Made by a program: the position numbers and the translations under genes. DNA of 64,000 nucleotides from Acidobacteriota bacterium (lineage in GTDB: Bacteria > Acidobacteriota > Polarisedimenticolia > SMYD01), in NCBI GenBank assembly GCA_046757965.1, contig JBHHZI010000002.1, forward strand, positions 2,253 through 66,252. The letters are read 5' to 3'. A model generated the notes under the pieces. That model had not been told where the DNA came from. It saw only the letters and a program-made list of their open reading frames with translations, and ran no database searches. Numbering within the stretch: position 1 is the stretch's first letter; each line of letters starts with the position of its first letter. Positions 26,712-36,134 of the stretch are shown piece by piece.

Positions 26712-28162
26712 TGCTCCACCTGCCGGTGCTGCGGGCCGGCCGCCCATACCGCAGTCTTGACACCATCACCCTGACGGACGTGCGCAGCGGGGAGCCGGTC
26801 GCCACGGTCAGCCAGGCCGGCGCCGCCATGATCGCCCATGACATGGCGGGCGGACACGCACGGCGCCGTCGGCTCCAGGAGATCGGCAGCGCCGCCCGGC
26901 TGGACATCTGCAGGAAAGCCGCGGGCCTGTTCATCGGCGAGTCTCTGCCCGCCGGCGACCGTGTCCAGTCTCCCGCAGACTACGTCGCCTGCCTGTCGGC
27001 AACCACCGGCATGCCGGAGGCGCTGTGCCGGGCCAACATGAAGAAGATCCATTTCGTCCTGGACCGCATGGATGTGGTGCTGGCCGGCCTGACCCGCGGT
27101 CTGGATCTGGACATCGTCGATGCCGGGCACGGCGTGATGGCCGGCCGGCCGGTCGCATACGTCTGTGAGGCGGACCGCCTCGGGGCCGTCCTGCCGAGCA
27201 ACTCGCCCGGGGTGCATTCTCTCTGGATCCCGGCCGTCGCGCTGGGCGTGCCGGTCGTCCTGCGCCCGGGGAGTCGCGAACCCTGGACACCCGTTCGCAT
27301 TGCACAGGCGCTGATCGCTGCGGGGCTGCCCCCGGAGGCCATCAGCTTCTACCCCGGCGGCCATGACGGCGCCACCGAGATCGTGCTGAGAAGTGAGCGG
27401 TCCATGGTCTTCGGGGACGAATCGACGGTTCTTCCGTGGGTCTCGGATCCGCGCGTACAGATTCACGGGCCCGGCTGGAGCAAGGTCCTCCTCGCCGATG
27501 CCGCCGCCTCCTCCTCGCGCGACCATCTCGACCTGATGGTCACCAGCATCGCCGCCAACGGGGGTCGCTCGTGCATCAACGCCTCCGGCGTCTGGACGAC
27601 CTCCGGAGGGGAGGCTCTGGCCGACGCCCTGGCCGGGCGATTGGCCAGGATGAGCGCCCGACCGCTCGACGATCCCGAGGCGAGCCTGGCCGCGTTCTCC
27701 GACCCGGACGTGGCGTCACGCATCGATCAGTTCATCGAGCAGCGCCTGGCGGTGCCGGGGGCCCGGGACATCACGGCGGAGGTGCGCGGCACACCGCGCC
27801 GGGCCCGGGTCGACGGGTGCACGTTCCTGCTGCCGACGATCATTCACGTCACCGAGCCGGATCACCCGCTGGCGGCGGCGGAGTTCCTGTTCCCGTTCGC
27901 GGCGGTGGTGGAGCGACCCCGGGAGTCGATGCTGAGCGCCCTCGGGCCCACCCTGGTCTGCACGGCGATCACGGGCGACCCAGCTCTTGCGCGCGAGCTG
28001 ATGGACTGCGGCTCGATCGAGCGTCTCAACCTGGGGCCGATCCCGACGACCCAGGTGTCGTGGGACCAGCCTCACGAGGGCAACCTGTTCGAGCATCTGT
28101 TCCGGCAGCGGGCGTTCTGCGCGGCGAGAAACGGGCGGCCGGCGGGGACCGGGGCGGCCTGA
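26711..28162 (+). CDS. LuxC-like acyl-CoA reductase (ALDH superfamily, aldehyde-forming).
   Basis: The ATG overlaps the upstream TGA. It has an ALDH-type catalytic Cys context (IAANGGRSCINASGVWT). Its length (about 483 aa) and position after the LuxE-like gene match the luxC/luxE pairing. Confidence 0.55.
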   Translation: MLHLPVLRAGRPYRSLDTITLTDVRSGEPVATVSQAGAAMIAHDMAGGHARRRRLQEIGSAARLDICRKAAGLFIGESLPAGDRVQSPADYVACLSATTGMPEALCRANMKKIHFVLDRMDVVLAGLTRGLDLDIVDAGHGVMAGRPVAYVCEADRLGAVLPSNSPGVHSLWIPAVALGVPVVLRPGSREPWTPVRIAQALIAAGLPPEAISFYPGGHDGATEIVLRSERSMVFGDESTVLPWVSDPRVQIHGPGWSKVLLADAAASSSRDHLDLMVTSIAANGGRSCINASGVWTTSGGEALADALAGRLARMSARPLDDPEASLAAFSDPDVASRIDQFIEQRLAVPGARDITAEVRGTPRRARVDGCTFLLPTIIHVTEPDHPLAAAEFLFPFAAVVERPRESMLSALGPTLVCTAITGDPALARELMDCGSIERLNLGPIPTTQVSWDQPHEGNLFEHLFRQRAFCAARNGRPAGTGAA

Positions 28163-28163
28163 C

Positions 28164-29360
28164 ATGGGCCATGATCCTCGCCTACCGGTCGTGTCCCGAC
28201 CGGGGCCGGATGGAATCTTTCCGGTGCCGGCCGGCGTCTCCTGGGAGGCCCATGTCGGTCCGACGCGCGTCCTGGCCGGATGTGGTGCCCTCGAGCGGCT
28301 GGGGAGTCTGGCGCGGGATCTCGGGGGCAAGCGCGTCCTCGTGGTGACCGATGCCGGTCTGCGGCGGGCCGGACACGTGGAGCGCGGCGTGGCGTCGCTG
28401 AGGGCGGCCCGGGTCACGCCCGTGGTGTTCGATGGGGTGCAGGAGAACCCGACCTCGACGCAGGTGGACGCCGGCACGGCGTTCGCGCGCGATCACGACA
28501 TCGATCTGATCGTCGGGCTCGGAGGCGGCAGTTCGATGGACACGGCCAAGGGCATCAACTTCATCCTCACCAACGGCGGCACCATGGCCGACTACCGGGG
28601 ACGCGGAAAGGCGAGCCAGGCCATGCTCGGCTCCATCGGTGTGCCGACCACTGCCGGCACGGGAAGCGATGCCCAGTCGTATGCGCTGATCTCTGATCCG
28701 GTGACCCGTGTGAAGATGGCGTGCGGGGATCCCAAGGCCCGCTTCACGGCGGTGATTCTCGATCCGGCGCTCTCGCTCACCCAGCCGGAGCACACCACGG
28801 CGGTCACGGCCCTGGATGCCATCGGCCACGCCGTGGAGACGTTCGTGACCAGGAGTCGAACTCCCGTGTCGAGTCTCTACGCGCGGGAATCCTGGCGTCT
28901 GCTGTCGAGCCACCTGCCGCGGGTGCTCGCCACCCCTGCCGATCTCGACGCCCGTGCGGCCATGTTGTGGGGTGCCCACCTGGCCGGGGCCGCCATCGAG
29001 GCCTCAATGCTCGGCGCCGCGCACGCCTGCGCCAACCCGCTGACCTCCCGGTGCCGGCTGGAGCACGGCGTGGCCGTGGCCCTGATGCTGCCGCACGTCG
29101 TCTCGTTCAACCGGCCGGCCGTTGGCGCCGAGTACGGCGAATTGATGTCGATCATCGGTGCGGTCGGAGACGACTTGGCGGAGCGCATCGTGCTCCTGCG
29201 CGGCGCGGCAGGCCTGCCGGGTCGGCTGCGAGATTGCGGGGTGACCGAGGCGGACCTGCAGCCGATGGCCGGCGAGGCGGCCGCGCAATGGACGGGTCAG
29301 CACAACCCGGTGGAATTGACCGTGGACGCGGCGCGGAAGCTCTATGACGCCGCGTACTGA
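28164..29360 (+). CDS. Iron-containing (group III) alcohol dehydrogenase.
   Basis: Motifs include GKRVLVVTDAGL, the Gly-rich LIVGLGGGSSMDTAKG, and His-rich metal-site regions (LDAIGHAVE, AHACANPL). Confidence 0.75.
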   Translation: MGHDPRLPVVSRPGPDGIFPVPAGVSWEAHVGPTRVLAGCGALERLGSLARDLGGKRVLVVTDAGLRRAGHVERGVASLRAARVTPVVFDGVQENPTSTQVDAGTAFARDHDIDLIVGLGGGSSMDTAKGINFILTNGGTMADYRGRGKASQAMLGSIGVPTTAGTGSDAQSYALISDPVTRVKMACGDPKARFTAVILDPALSLTQPEHTTAVTALDAIGHAVETFVTRSRTPVSSLYARESWRLLSSHLPRVLATPADLDARAAMLWGAHLAGAAIEASMLGAAHACANPLTSRCRLEHGVAVALMLPHVVSFNRPAVGAEYGELMSIIGAVGDDLAERIVLLRGAAGLPGRLRDCGVTEADLQPMAGEAAAQWTGQHNPVELTVDAARKLYDAAY

Positions 29361-30519
29361 ACCGGACCGCCGGGGTGTGGTCGCCGCCGCGTGTGGCCTG
29401 CTGGCGTGCGGCCTCGCCGGACCGGCGCCGGCAGGGGACTGGACGACCTTCCGGGGGAACGCCCGCCTGACCGGGCAGGCCAGCGGGATGCTTCCCGAGG
29501 ACCCCGCGGTGCTGTGGACGTTCGAGAGCGAGGACGGCTTCGCCTCCACCGCCGCCATCGAGAAGGATGTGGTGTACGCGGCCTCTCTCGACGGCCGGCT
29601 CCGGGCCCTGCGCCTCGCCACCGGCAAGGTTCTCTGGACCCACGATGTGGGCACGGAGATCAAGTCGTCGCCGGCCGTGCGGGACGGCACGGTCTACTTC
29701 GGTGACGAGGACGGTGTGGTGCACGCCCTCTCGGCGGCCGACGGCCGTTCGCTCTGGACCTACACCACCGGCTCGGCGGTCAGCTCCTCACCGAATTTTT
29801 CCGGCGAGGCGCTGCTCATCGGCTCGCAGGATAATTCCCTCTACAGCCTGGATCGCCGTGACGGAACTCTACGGTGGAAGCTCACGACCGGTTCGTATGT
29901 CTACGCGACGCCGGCGGTGGTCGCCGGGAACGATGCCGTGGCGATCCTGGCCGGGTGCGACGGGTTGCTGCGGTCGGTCCGCGTGCGTGACGGGGAGGAA
30001 CTGGCCAGCGTCGAGGTCGGCGGATACGTCGGGGCCAGTCCGGCGGTCGACGGCTCGGTTGCCTTCGTCGGCACGTTCGAGAACCAGTTCGTGGCGGTGG
30101 ATCTTTCCGCCTGGGCAGTGCTGTGGCGGTTCGAGGATCCCGAACGCAAGTTCCCGTTCTACTCGTCGGCGGCTGTCGCGAAGGACGTCGTCGTGGTTGG
30201 CGGCCGGGACAAGAAGATCCACGCGCTCGACCCGCTCACCGGAAAACCGCTCTGGGAGTACATGTCGAAGGCCCGGGTCGATTCCTCGCCCGTCATCCTG
30301 GGCCCGCGGGTCTTCGTCGGCACCATGGCCGGCGAGATCCTGGCCCTCGACCTGCACACGGGAAAGGTAAGGTGGCGATTCGACACGGGATCCGCTGTGC
30401 TCGCCTCGCCCAGTATTGCCTCCGACCGGCTTGTCATCGGCACGCTGGACGGCGTGCTGTACTGCTTCGGTGCGCCGCCACCGGCGCCGGATGTTCCACC
30501 CACCTCGAGGACACCATGA
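29344..30519 (+). CDS. Secreted PQQ-like beta-propeller repeat protein (third).
   Basis: It has a signal peptide and the DWTTFRGNARLTGQ motif. Blades include GKVLWTH, GRSLWTY, GTLRWKL, AVLWRF, GKPLWEY and GKVRWRF. Confidence 0.65.
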   Translation: MTPRTEPDRRGVVAAACGLLACGLAGPAPAGDWTTFRGNARLTGQASGMLPEDPAVLWTFESEDGFASTAAIEKDVVYAASLDGRLRALRLATGKVLWTHDVGTEIKSSPAVRDGTVYFGDEDGVVHALSAADGRSLWTYTTGSAVSSSPNFSGEALLIGSQDNSLYSLDRRDGTLRWKLTTGSYVYATPAVVAGNDAVAILAGCDGLLRSVRVRDGEELASVEVGGYVGASPAVDGSVAFVGTFENQFVAVDLSAWAVLWRFEDPERKFPFYSSAAVAKDVVVVGGRDKKIHALDPLTGKPLWEYMSKARVDSSPVILGPRVFVGTMAGEILALDLHTGKVRWRFDTGSAVLASPSIASDRLVIGTLDGVLYCFGAPPPAPDVPPTSRTP

Positions 30520-31847
30520 GCGAAACCTCGTCGAGGACGCCGCCGCCCCCGGCCGGTGAGACCGAGGTGGGCAGCGTCTTCGTTTCCAACTATCCGCCGT
30601 ACTCGTTCTGGCGCGACGAGGCCCTTTCCGACCTGGACCGCCGGCTGGCGTCACCGCCGGAAGCCGGCGCGACGTTCGGTCTGTATCTGCATGTGCCGTT
30701 CTGCCGGAAGCGATGCAAGTTCTGCTACTTCCGGGTCTACACCGACCGTGACAGCAAGCAGATCGCGCGCTACCTGTCGGGCCTCGCCGGCGAGGTGGAA
30801 CGGTGTCTGCAGCACCCGGCATTTGCCGCCCGGGCGCCGGAGTTCATCTACTTCGGCGGCGGCACGCCGTCGTTCCTGAGCGTTCGCCAGATCGAGGCGC
30901 TGGTGGGGCGGCTGCGTGGCGCCGTGGAATGGGACGCGGCGCAGGAAATCACCTTCGAATGCGAGCCGGGAACCCTCAGCGCGCCGAAGCTCGAGGCGCT
31001 GCGCGGCATCGGTGTGAATCGCCTGAGCCTGGGGGTGGAGAGCTTCAACGACGAGATCCTCGCGGAGAACGGGCGCGCCCATCTGTCGGCCGAGATCGAG
31101 CGGGTCGTGCCCTGGATCGCGGCGCTGGACTTCGACCAGCTCAACATCGACCTGATCGCCGGCATGGTGGGCGAGACGTGGGAGAGCTGGCGCGAGTCGG
31201 TGCACCGCACCCTGGAGATCGAGCCGGAGAGCATCACCATCTATCAGATGGAGCTGCCGTTCAACACCGTCTACTCATCGGAGGTCATCGGCGGCACGCG
31301 GCCGATGCCCGTGGCGGGCTGGGACCTGAAGCGGGACTGGCACACATGGGCCTTCGAGCAGATGGAGGCGGCTGGATACGAGGTGTCCAGCTCCTATACG
31401 ATGGTCCGCAGGGAGCGGCCCGGTCGGTTCGTCTACCGGGACGCGGTCTGGCACGGCTGCGACATGCTCGGGGCCGGCGTGGCCTCGTTCTCCCACCTCG
31501 GGGGCATTCACTTCCAGAACCTGGCCTCCTGGGAGCCGTACCTCACGCGGGTCGAGGCCGGCCGGATGCCGGTCGAGCGGGCGTTTGCGACCAGCGCCGA
31601 GGACCGACTCGTGAGGGAGACGATCCTGCAGCTCAAGCTGGGCCATCTGTCACCGGACTATTTTCTGGAAAAGTTCGGCGTGGACATCCGGGACCGGTTC
31701 AGCGCCTCGTTTGATGAGCTGCGCGCGGAGGGCTGGATGGCCGACGAGATGGACTCTCTCAGGTTGACCCGGCGTGGGCTCATCCAGGTCGATCAGCTTC
31801 TGCCACGTTTCTATGCCCCGGAGTATCGCAACGCGCGCTACACCTGA
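30516..31847 (+). CDS. Radical SAM enzyme, HemN/HemW-like (oxygen-independent coproporphyrinogen-III-oxidase-like family).
   Basis: The CX3CX2C motif CRKRCKFCYF is present. HemN-like features follow (GGGTPSFLS, LSLGVESFNDEIL, the HemN C-terminal domain). The ATG at 30516 overlaps the PQQ-3 stop. The listed ORF is extended upstream. Confidence 0.75.
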   Translation: MSETSSRTPPPPAGETEVGSVFVSNYPPYSFWRDEALSDLDRRLASPPEAGATFGLYLHVPFCRKRCKFCYFRVYTDRDSKQIARYLSGLAGEVERCLQHPAFAARAPEFIYFGGGTPSFLSVRQIEALVGRLRGAVEWDAAQEITFECEPGTLSAPKLEALRGIGVNRLSLGVESFNDEILAENGRAHLSAEIERVVPWIAALDFDQLNIDLIAGMVGETWESWRESVHRTLEIEPESITIYQMELPFNTVYSSEVIGGTRPMPVAGWDLKRDWHTWAFEQMEAAGYEVSSSYTMVRRERPGRFVYRDAVWHGCDMLGAGVASFSHLGGIHFQNLASWEPYLTRVEAGRMPVERAFATSAEDRLVRETILQLKLGHLSPDYFLEKFGVDIRDRFSASFDELRAEGWMADEMDSLRLTRRGLIQVDQLLPRFYAPEYRNARYT

Positions 31848-31865
31848 GACGGGAGAGCCAGACTC

Positions 31866-33125
31866 ATGAGCAGCCATCACGACGTGATCATCATCGGCGG
31901 GGGACCCGCCGGCGCGACGGTGGCGGCCCTGGAGGCCGAGGCCGGTCGCGACGTGATGGTCCTCGAGCGGGACACCTTCCCGCGCTTCCACATCGGCGAA
32001 TCTCTCATGCCGGCCACCTACTGGACCTTCGAGCGGCTCGGCGTGCTCGACAAGCTGGCGGCGGCAGGATTCGTGCGCAAGCAGAGCGTCCAGTTCTTCT
32101 CGTCCGGCGGCAAGGGGGCGCTGCCGTTCTACTTCTCCGATTTCGATCCTCATCCCAGCTCCGTCAGCTTCCAGGTGGAACGCAGCACATTCGATACGAT
32201 CCTGCTGGAGCATGCGAAGGAGAACGGAGCGCAGGTGTCACACGGCGTCAACGTGACCGGTGTGCTGCTCGAGGGGAAGCGCGTGACCGGTGTGCGAACC
32301 GCCGGCGGCACGGGAGGCGCCCGTGAGCTGACGGCGCCCGTGGTCGTCGATGCCAGCGGGCAGCATGCTCTCCTGTCCCGTCGTTTCGGCCTGATGCGCA
32401 CGGACCCGCGTCTTCGGCACTGCGCCTACTTCACCCGCTTTGCCGGCGCGGCTCGCGCCGCAGGGCGGGACGAGGGGGCCACGCTGATCCTTCACGTCGG
32501 CGGCGGGTCGTCGTGGTTCTGGTACATCCCGCTCCCCGGTGACCGGGTCAGCGTGGGTGTCGTCGGACACATCGACCGCCTGGTCCGGGGCCGGGCGCCC
32601 GATCCGCAGCAGGTGTTCGACGAGGAGGCGGCGCGCTGTCCGGCGCTGCAGGAGCGCCTCGCCGGCGCGACGCAGGAGGGGCGTGTGGAGGTCCAGCGAG
32701 ACTTCTCCTACGCCGCGAAGGCGATCGCCGGCGATGGCTGGGTGCTGGCCGGCGACGCGTTCGGCTTTCTCGACCCGATCTATTCCTCCGGCATCTTCCT
32801 GGCCCTGAAGGGCGCGGAATTCGCCGCGGATTCCATCGAAGCCGCATTCGACCACGATGACTTCTCGGCCACGAGGCTGGGTGCCCACGGCCCCGAGTTC
32901 ATCGCCGGCATGGAGGCGCTGCGGCGGCTCGCCTACGCCTACTACGACGAATCGTTCAACTTCCGGCATTTTCTGTCGCGCCACCCGGAGCATCGCACGG
33001 ACCTGATCCATCTTCTCATCGGTAACGTGTACCGGCGATCATGCACCGGCATCTTCGAGTCCATGAACCACGAATCTCCACAGGACGGATACGAACCGCT
33101 CCGCCTGCCCTCAGACGGATCGTGA
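31866..33125 (+). CDS. FAD-dependent flavin-halogenase-like oxidoreductase (tryptophan-halogenase family fold).
   Basis: It carries the GxGxxG FAD motif (IIGGGPAGA). The halogenase-family WxWxIP motif is present (SWFWYIPLPGD). The second signature FxxPxxSxG is also present (FLDPIYSSGI). Whether the catalytic Lys is present is uncertain from reading by eye. Confidence 0.55.
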   Translation: MSSHHDVIIIGGGPAGATVAALEAEAGRDVMVLERDTFPRFHIGESLMPATYWTFERLGVLDKLAAAGFVRKQSVQFFSSGGKGALPFYFSDFDPHPSSVSFQVERSTFDTILLEHAKENGAQVSHGVNVTGVLLEGKRVTGVRTAGGTGGARELTAPVVVDASGQHALLSRRFGLMRTDPRLRHCAYFTRFAGAARAAGRDEGATLILHVGGGSSWFWYIPLPGDRVSVGVVGHIDRLVRGRAPDPQQVFDEEAARCPALQERLAGATQEGRVEVQRDFSYAAKAIAGDGWVLAGDAFGFLDPIYSSGIFLALKGAEFAADSIEAAFDHDDFSATRLGAHGPEFIAGMEALRRLAYAYYDESFNFRHFLSRHPEHRTDLIHLLIGNVYRRSCTGIFESMNHESPQDGYEPLRLPSDGS

Positions 33126-33349
33126 ACCGCCCGGTCCGGCTGCTGCTGGTCGTGGCGGCGGCGACGTTGTACGTGCTGCACAACGATGTCTGGCTGTGGA
33201 ACGACAGCCGCCGTGTCCTCGGGTTGCCCGCCAGCCTGGCGTATCACGTGGCGTACTGCCTGGCCGCGGCCGTGCTGATGGGGCTCTTCGTGGGCTTCGC
33301 CTGGCCCCATGAGGGGGATGACGACGCCGTCGAGGGTCCTCCCCGGTGA
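33122..33349 (+). CDS. Small membrane protein (DUF3311-like, typical partner of sodium:solute symporters).
   Basis: It is about 75 aa with two hydrophobic helices (LLLVVAAATLYVL, AYCLAAAVLMGLFVGF). It lies immediately 5' of the symporter gene with a 4-bp overlap. The GTG start is inferred. Confidence 0.35.
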   Translation: MNRPVRLLLVVAAATLYVLHNDVWLWNDSRRVLGLPASLAYHVAYCLAAAVLMGLFVGFAWPHEGDDDAVEGPPR

Positions 33350-34809
33350 CCCTGGCGGTCATCCTGATCTATCTCGCCGCCGTGCTGCTCGTCGGAGTGC
33401 TGGGCCACCGGCTGTTTCGCGGCACCGGCGAGGATTACTTCCTCGCCACCCGCACCATCGGACCGTTCGTCCTGCTGATGTCGCTGTTCGGCACCCACAT
33501 GACGGCGTTCTCCCTCCTGGGGGCGTCGGGAGAGGCGTATCATGAGGGCGTCGGTGTGTTCGGCCTGATGGCCAGCTCATCGGCCCTGGTGGTGCCGCTG
33601 GTGTTCCTCGGCGTGGGAACGCGCCTGTACCGGTGCGGCAAGCGACTCGGTCATGTCACCCAGGTGCAGTACTTCAGGGAGCGCTGGGAATCCGACGGGC
33701 TGGGACTCCTGCTGTTCATCGTCACGGTGGCGCTGGTCATCCCGTACCTGCTCATCGGTGTGATGGGCGGTGGGATCGCCCTGAACCAGATCACCGGCGG
33801 TGATGTGCCGGAGTGGGTGGGCGGGCTGATGATCTGCGGCGTGGTGCTGGGCTATGTGACCACCGGCGGTCTGCGCAGCACCGCCTGGGCCAACACCTTC
33901 CAGACCCTGGTGTTCATGATCCTCGGGGGAGTGGCCTTCGCGGTGGTCGTGCACGATCTCGGCGGGCTGGACGCCGCGCTGGATCGTGTGGCGGCCGTCT
34001 CGCCGTCTCTTCTCGTGCCCGGGCAGGCCATGCCGCTGGGCCGGATGGTCTCCTACACGCTCATCCCCCTGTCCGTCGGCATGTTTCCCCACATCTTCAT
34101 GCACTGGCTGACCGCCCGCCGTGTCGAGACGTTCCGGCTCACCGTCATCCTCTATCCGCTCTGCGTCGCGGTGGTGTGGCTGCCCAGCGTGCTGATGGGG
34201 CTGTTCGGCGCGGTGGAGTTCCCGGGGCTGGCGGGGCCTGCCGCCAACGCCGTGCTCGTCAAGCTGATTCACGCCCATGCGCCCGATCTGCTCGCCGGCC
34301 TGCTGGGCGCCGGGGTCTTCGCCGCCGTGATGTCGTCGCTGGATTCCCAGACGCTTTCCCTGGGCACCATGTTCGCCCGCGACATCGTCCTGCACCACGG
34401 CTTTCAGGACCACCTGAGCGAGCGGTATCAGGTCATTCTCGGGCGCCTGTTCGTGTCCGGTGTGCTGCTGGTCACCTTCCTGCTGTCGCTGGTGGCCGAC
34501 CGCAGCATCTTCCGCCTGGGTATCTGGTCGTTCACCGGCTTCGCCGCACTCTTCCCGCTGGTCGTCGCGGCGCTGTTCTGGCGACGCAGCACCGCGGCCG
34601 GAGCCATCGCCGCGGTGCTGACCATGGCCGTCCTGTGGGTCCGGGCCTTCGTGCGCAGCGGCGGCGGCGCCTCCTCCGGCCCGGGAGGGCTGATGCCGGT
34701 GGCCTCGATCCTGGCGGCCTCCGCCGCGGCGCTGGTGGTGGTGTCCCTCGTGACCCGGCCGCCCTCGCCCGCAGCCCTGGCGCGTTTCTTCCCCGAGGGC
34801 GACGGATGA
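33346..34809 (+). CDS. Sodium:solute symporter family (SSS) transporter.
   Basis: The 487-aa ORF has about 13 transmembrane helices. Its N-terminus (YFLATRTIGPFVLLMSLFGTHMTAFSLLGASGEAY) is typical of SSS/PutP/ActP-like transporters. Confidence 0.8.
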   Translation: MTLAVILIYLAAVLLVGVLGHRLFRGTGEDYFLATRTIGPFVLLMSLFGTHMTAFSLLGASGEAYHEGVGVFGLMASSSALVVPLVFLGVGTRLYRCGKRLGHVTQVQYFRERWESDGLGLLLFIVTVALVIPYLLIGVMGGGIALNQITGGDVPEWVGGLMICGVVLGYVTTGGLRSTAWANTFQTLVFMILGGVAFAVVVHDLGGLDAALDRVAAVSPSLLVPGQAMPLGRMVSYTLIPLSVGMFPHIFMHWLTARRVETFRLTVILYPLCVAVVWLPSVLMGLFGAVEFPGLAGPAANAVLVKLIHAHAPDLLAGLLGAGVFAAVMSSLDSQTLSLGTMFARDIVLHHGFQDHLSERYQVILGRLFVSGVLLVTFLLSLVADRSIFRLGIWSFTGFAALFPLVVAALFWRRSTAAGAIAAVLTMAVLWVRAFVRSGGGASSGPGGLMPVASILAASAAALVVVSLVTRPPSPAALARFFPEGDG

Positions 34810-36134
34810 GCCTGTCGCCCGGCCGTGCCCTGCGCATCGCCCACATCACGCCCGGTGCGGGCGGCATGGTCTGCGGGAGCTGTCTGCACGACAACACACT
34901 CGCGGCTGCCCTCGAGAGGGAGGGCCACCAGGTGGCCCTGGTGCCGATCTACACGCCGCTGCGCACCGACGAGGAGGACGTGAGTCTTTCCCGTGTGTTC
35001 TATGGCGCGGTCAATATCTATCTCCAGCAGCACAGCCGGCTGTTCCGCCACACCCCGTGGATGCTCGACCGCCTCCTGGATCGTCCGGGGTTGTTGGCGT
35101 GGGTCGGACGGCGGGCGGGGAGCGTGGACGCGCGCCAGCTCGGCGCCCTCACACGCTCGATGCTCGAGGGCGAGGAAGGCCACCAGGCGAAGGAACTCGA
35201 GAAACTCGTGCACTGGCTGGGGACCGGGTTCCGTCCCGACATCGTGCACCTGTCCAACTCGTTGCTGCTGGGACTGGCCCGTCGACTCCGGGAGGCGACC
35301 GGGGCGCCGGTCGTCTGCTCGGTGCAGGGAGAAGACCTGTTTGTCGATGAATTGCCGGCAGCCGACCGGACGGCGGTGACCGAACTGCTCTGCCGGCGTG
35401 CCCGGGACGTGGACGCGTTCATCGCTCCCGGTGAGGCGGTGGCCCGCCGGATGGGCGCGCGCCTGGGCGTGGAGGCGGAGCGGATGCATCGCGTCCCGCT
35501 GGGTATTCGACTCGACGGCCACGTCGGAACGCCGCGCGCCGTGGCGGTCGGAGCGCCGTTCACCATCGGCTACATGGCCCGCATCTGTCCCGAGAAGGGG
35601 TTGCACCTGCTGGTCGACGCCTTCCGGCGGCTGGCCGACCGCGGCGGCGAGCGGCGCATCCGCCTCGAGGTTGCCGGCAGCATCGGGCCTCGTGACGCGG
35701 CCTATCTCGAGGGCATCCGGCGGCAACTGGATGGGTGGCAGCTCGCCTCGTCGGTGGTCGTGCACGGTGAGGTGGACCGCGCGGCCAAGCTCGCGCTCCT
35801 GGCGCGCGCGGACGTGGTCTCGGTGCCGGCGACCTATCCGGAGGCGAAGGGGCTGTACGTGCTCGAGGCGCTGGCCAGCGGCACGCCGGTGGTGCAGCCG
35901 GAGGCGGGCGCCTTCCCGGAAATCCTCGCCGGAACCGGCGGTGGAATCCTGTACGATGCGGACCGGCCCGGCGCGCTGGCGCAGGCCCTGGAGAAGATGA
36001 TGACCGATGACGCCGAGAGGCTGGCGCTGGCCCGGGCCGGGCACGCGGCGGTGGTGGCCCGGTTCAGCGATACGACCATGGCGCGAACCACCGTGGCGGT
36101 CTACGAGCAGATCCTGAAAGGATACGGCCGATGA
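34806..36134 (+). CDS. Family 4 glycosyltransferase (GT-B fold).
   Basis: The C-terminal GT4 signature is present (ARADVVSVPATYPEAKGLYVLEALASGTPVV), along with EX7E-like motifs. The ATG overlaps the symporter stop. Confidence 0.75.
   Translation: MSLSPGRALRIAHITPGAGGMVCGSCLHDNTLAAALEREGHQVALVPIYTPLRTDEEDVSLSRVFYGAVNIYLQQHSRLFRHTPWMLDRLLDRPGLLAWVGRRAGSVDARQLGALTRSMLEGEEGHQAKELEKLVHWLGTGFRPDIVHLSNSLLLGLARRLREATGAPVVCSVQGEDLFVDELPAADRTAVTELLCRRARDVDAFIAPGEAVARRMGARLGVEAERMHRVPLGIRLDGHVGTPRAVAVGAPFTIGYMARICPEKGLHLLVDAFRRLADRGGERRIRLEVAGSIGPRDAAYLEGIRRQLDGWQLASSVVVHGEVDRAAKLALLARADVVSVPATYPEAKGLYVLEALASGTPVVQPEAGAFPEILAGTGGGILYDADRPGALAQALEKMMTDDAERLALARAGHAAVVARFSDTTMARTTVAVYEQILKGYGR

Noticed and set aside
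33041-33121. The full 102-aa listed ORF overlapping the 3' end of the halogenase-like gene.
   Set aside because: The 5' part overlaps the halogenase-like gene out of frame. The gene was trimmed to the in-frame GTG at 33122, giving a two-helix protein of about 75 aa.
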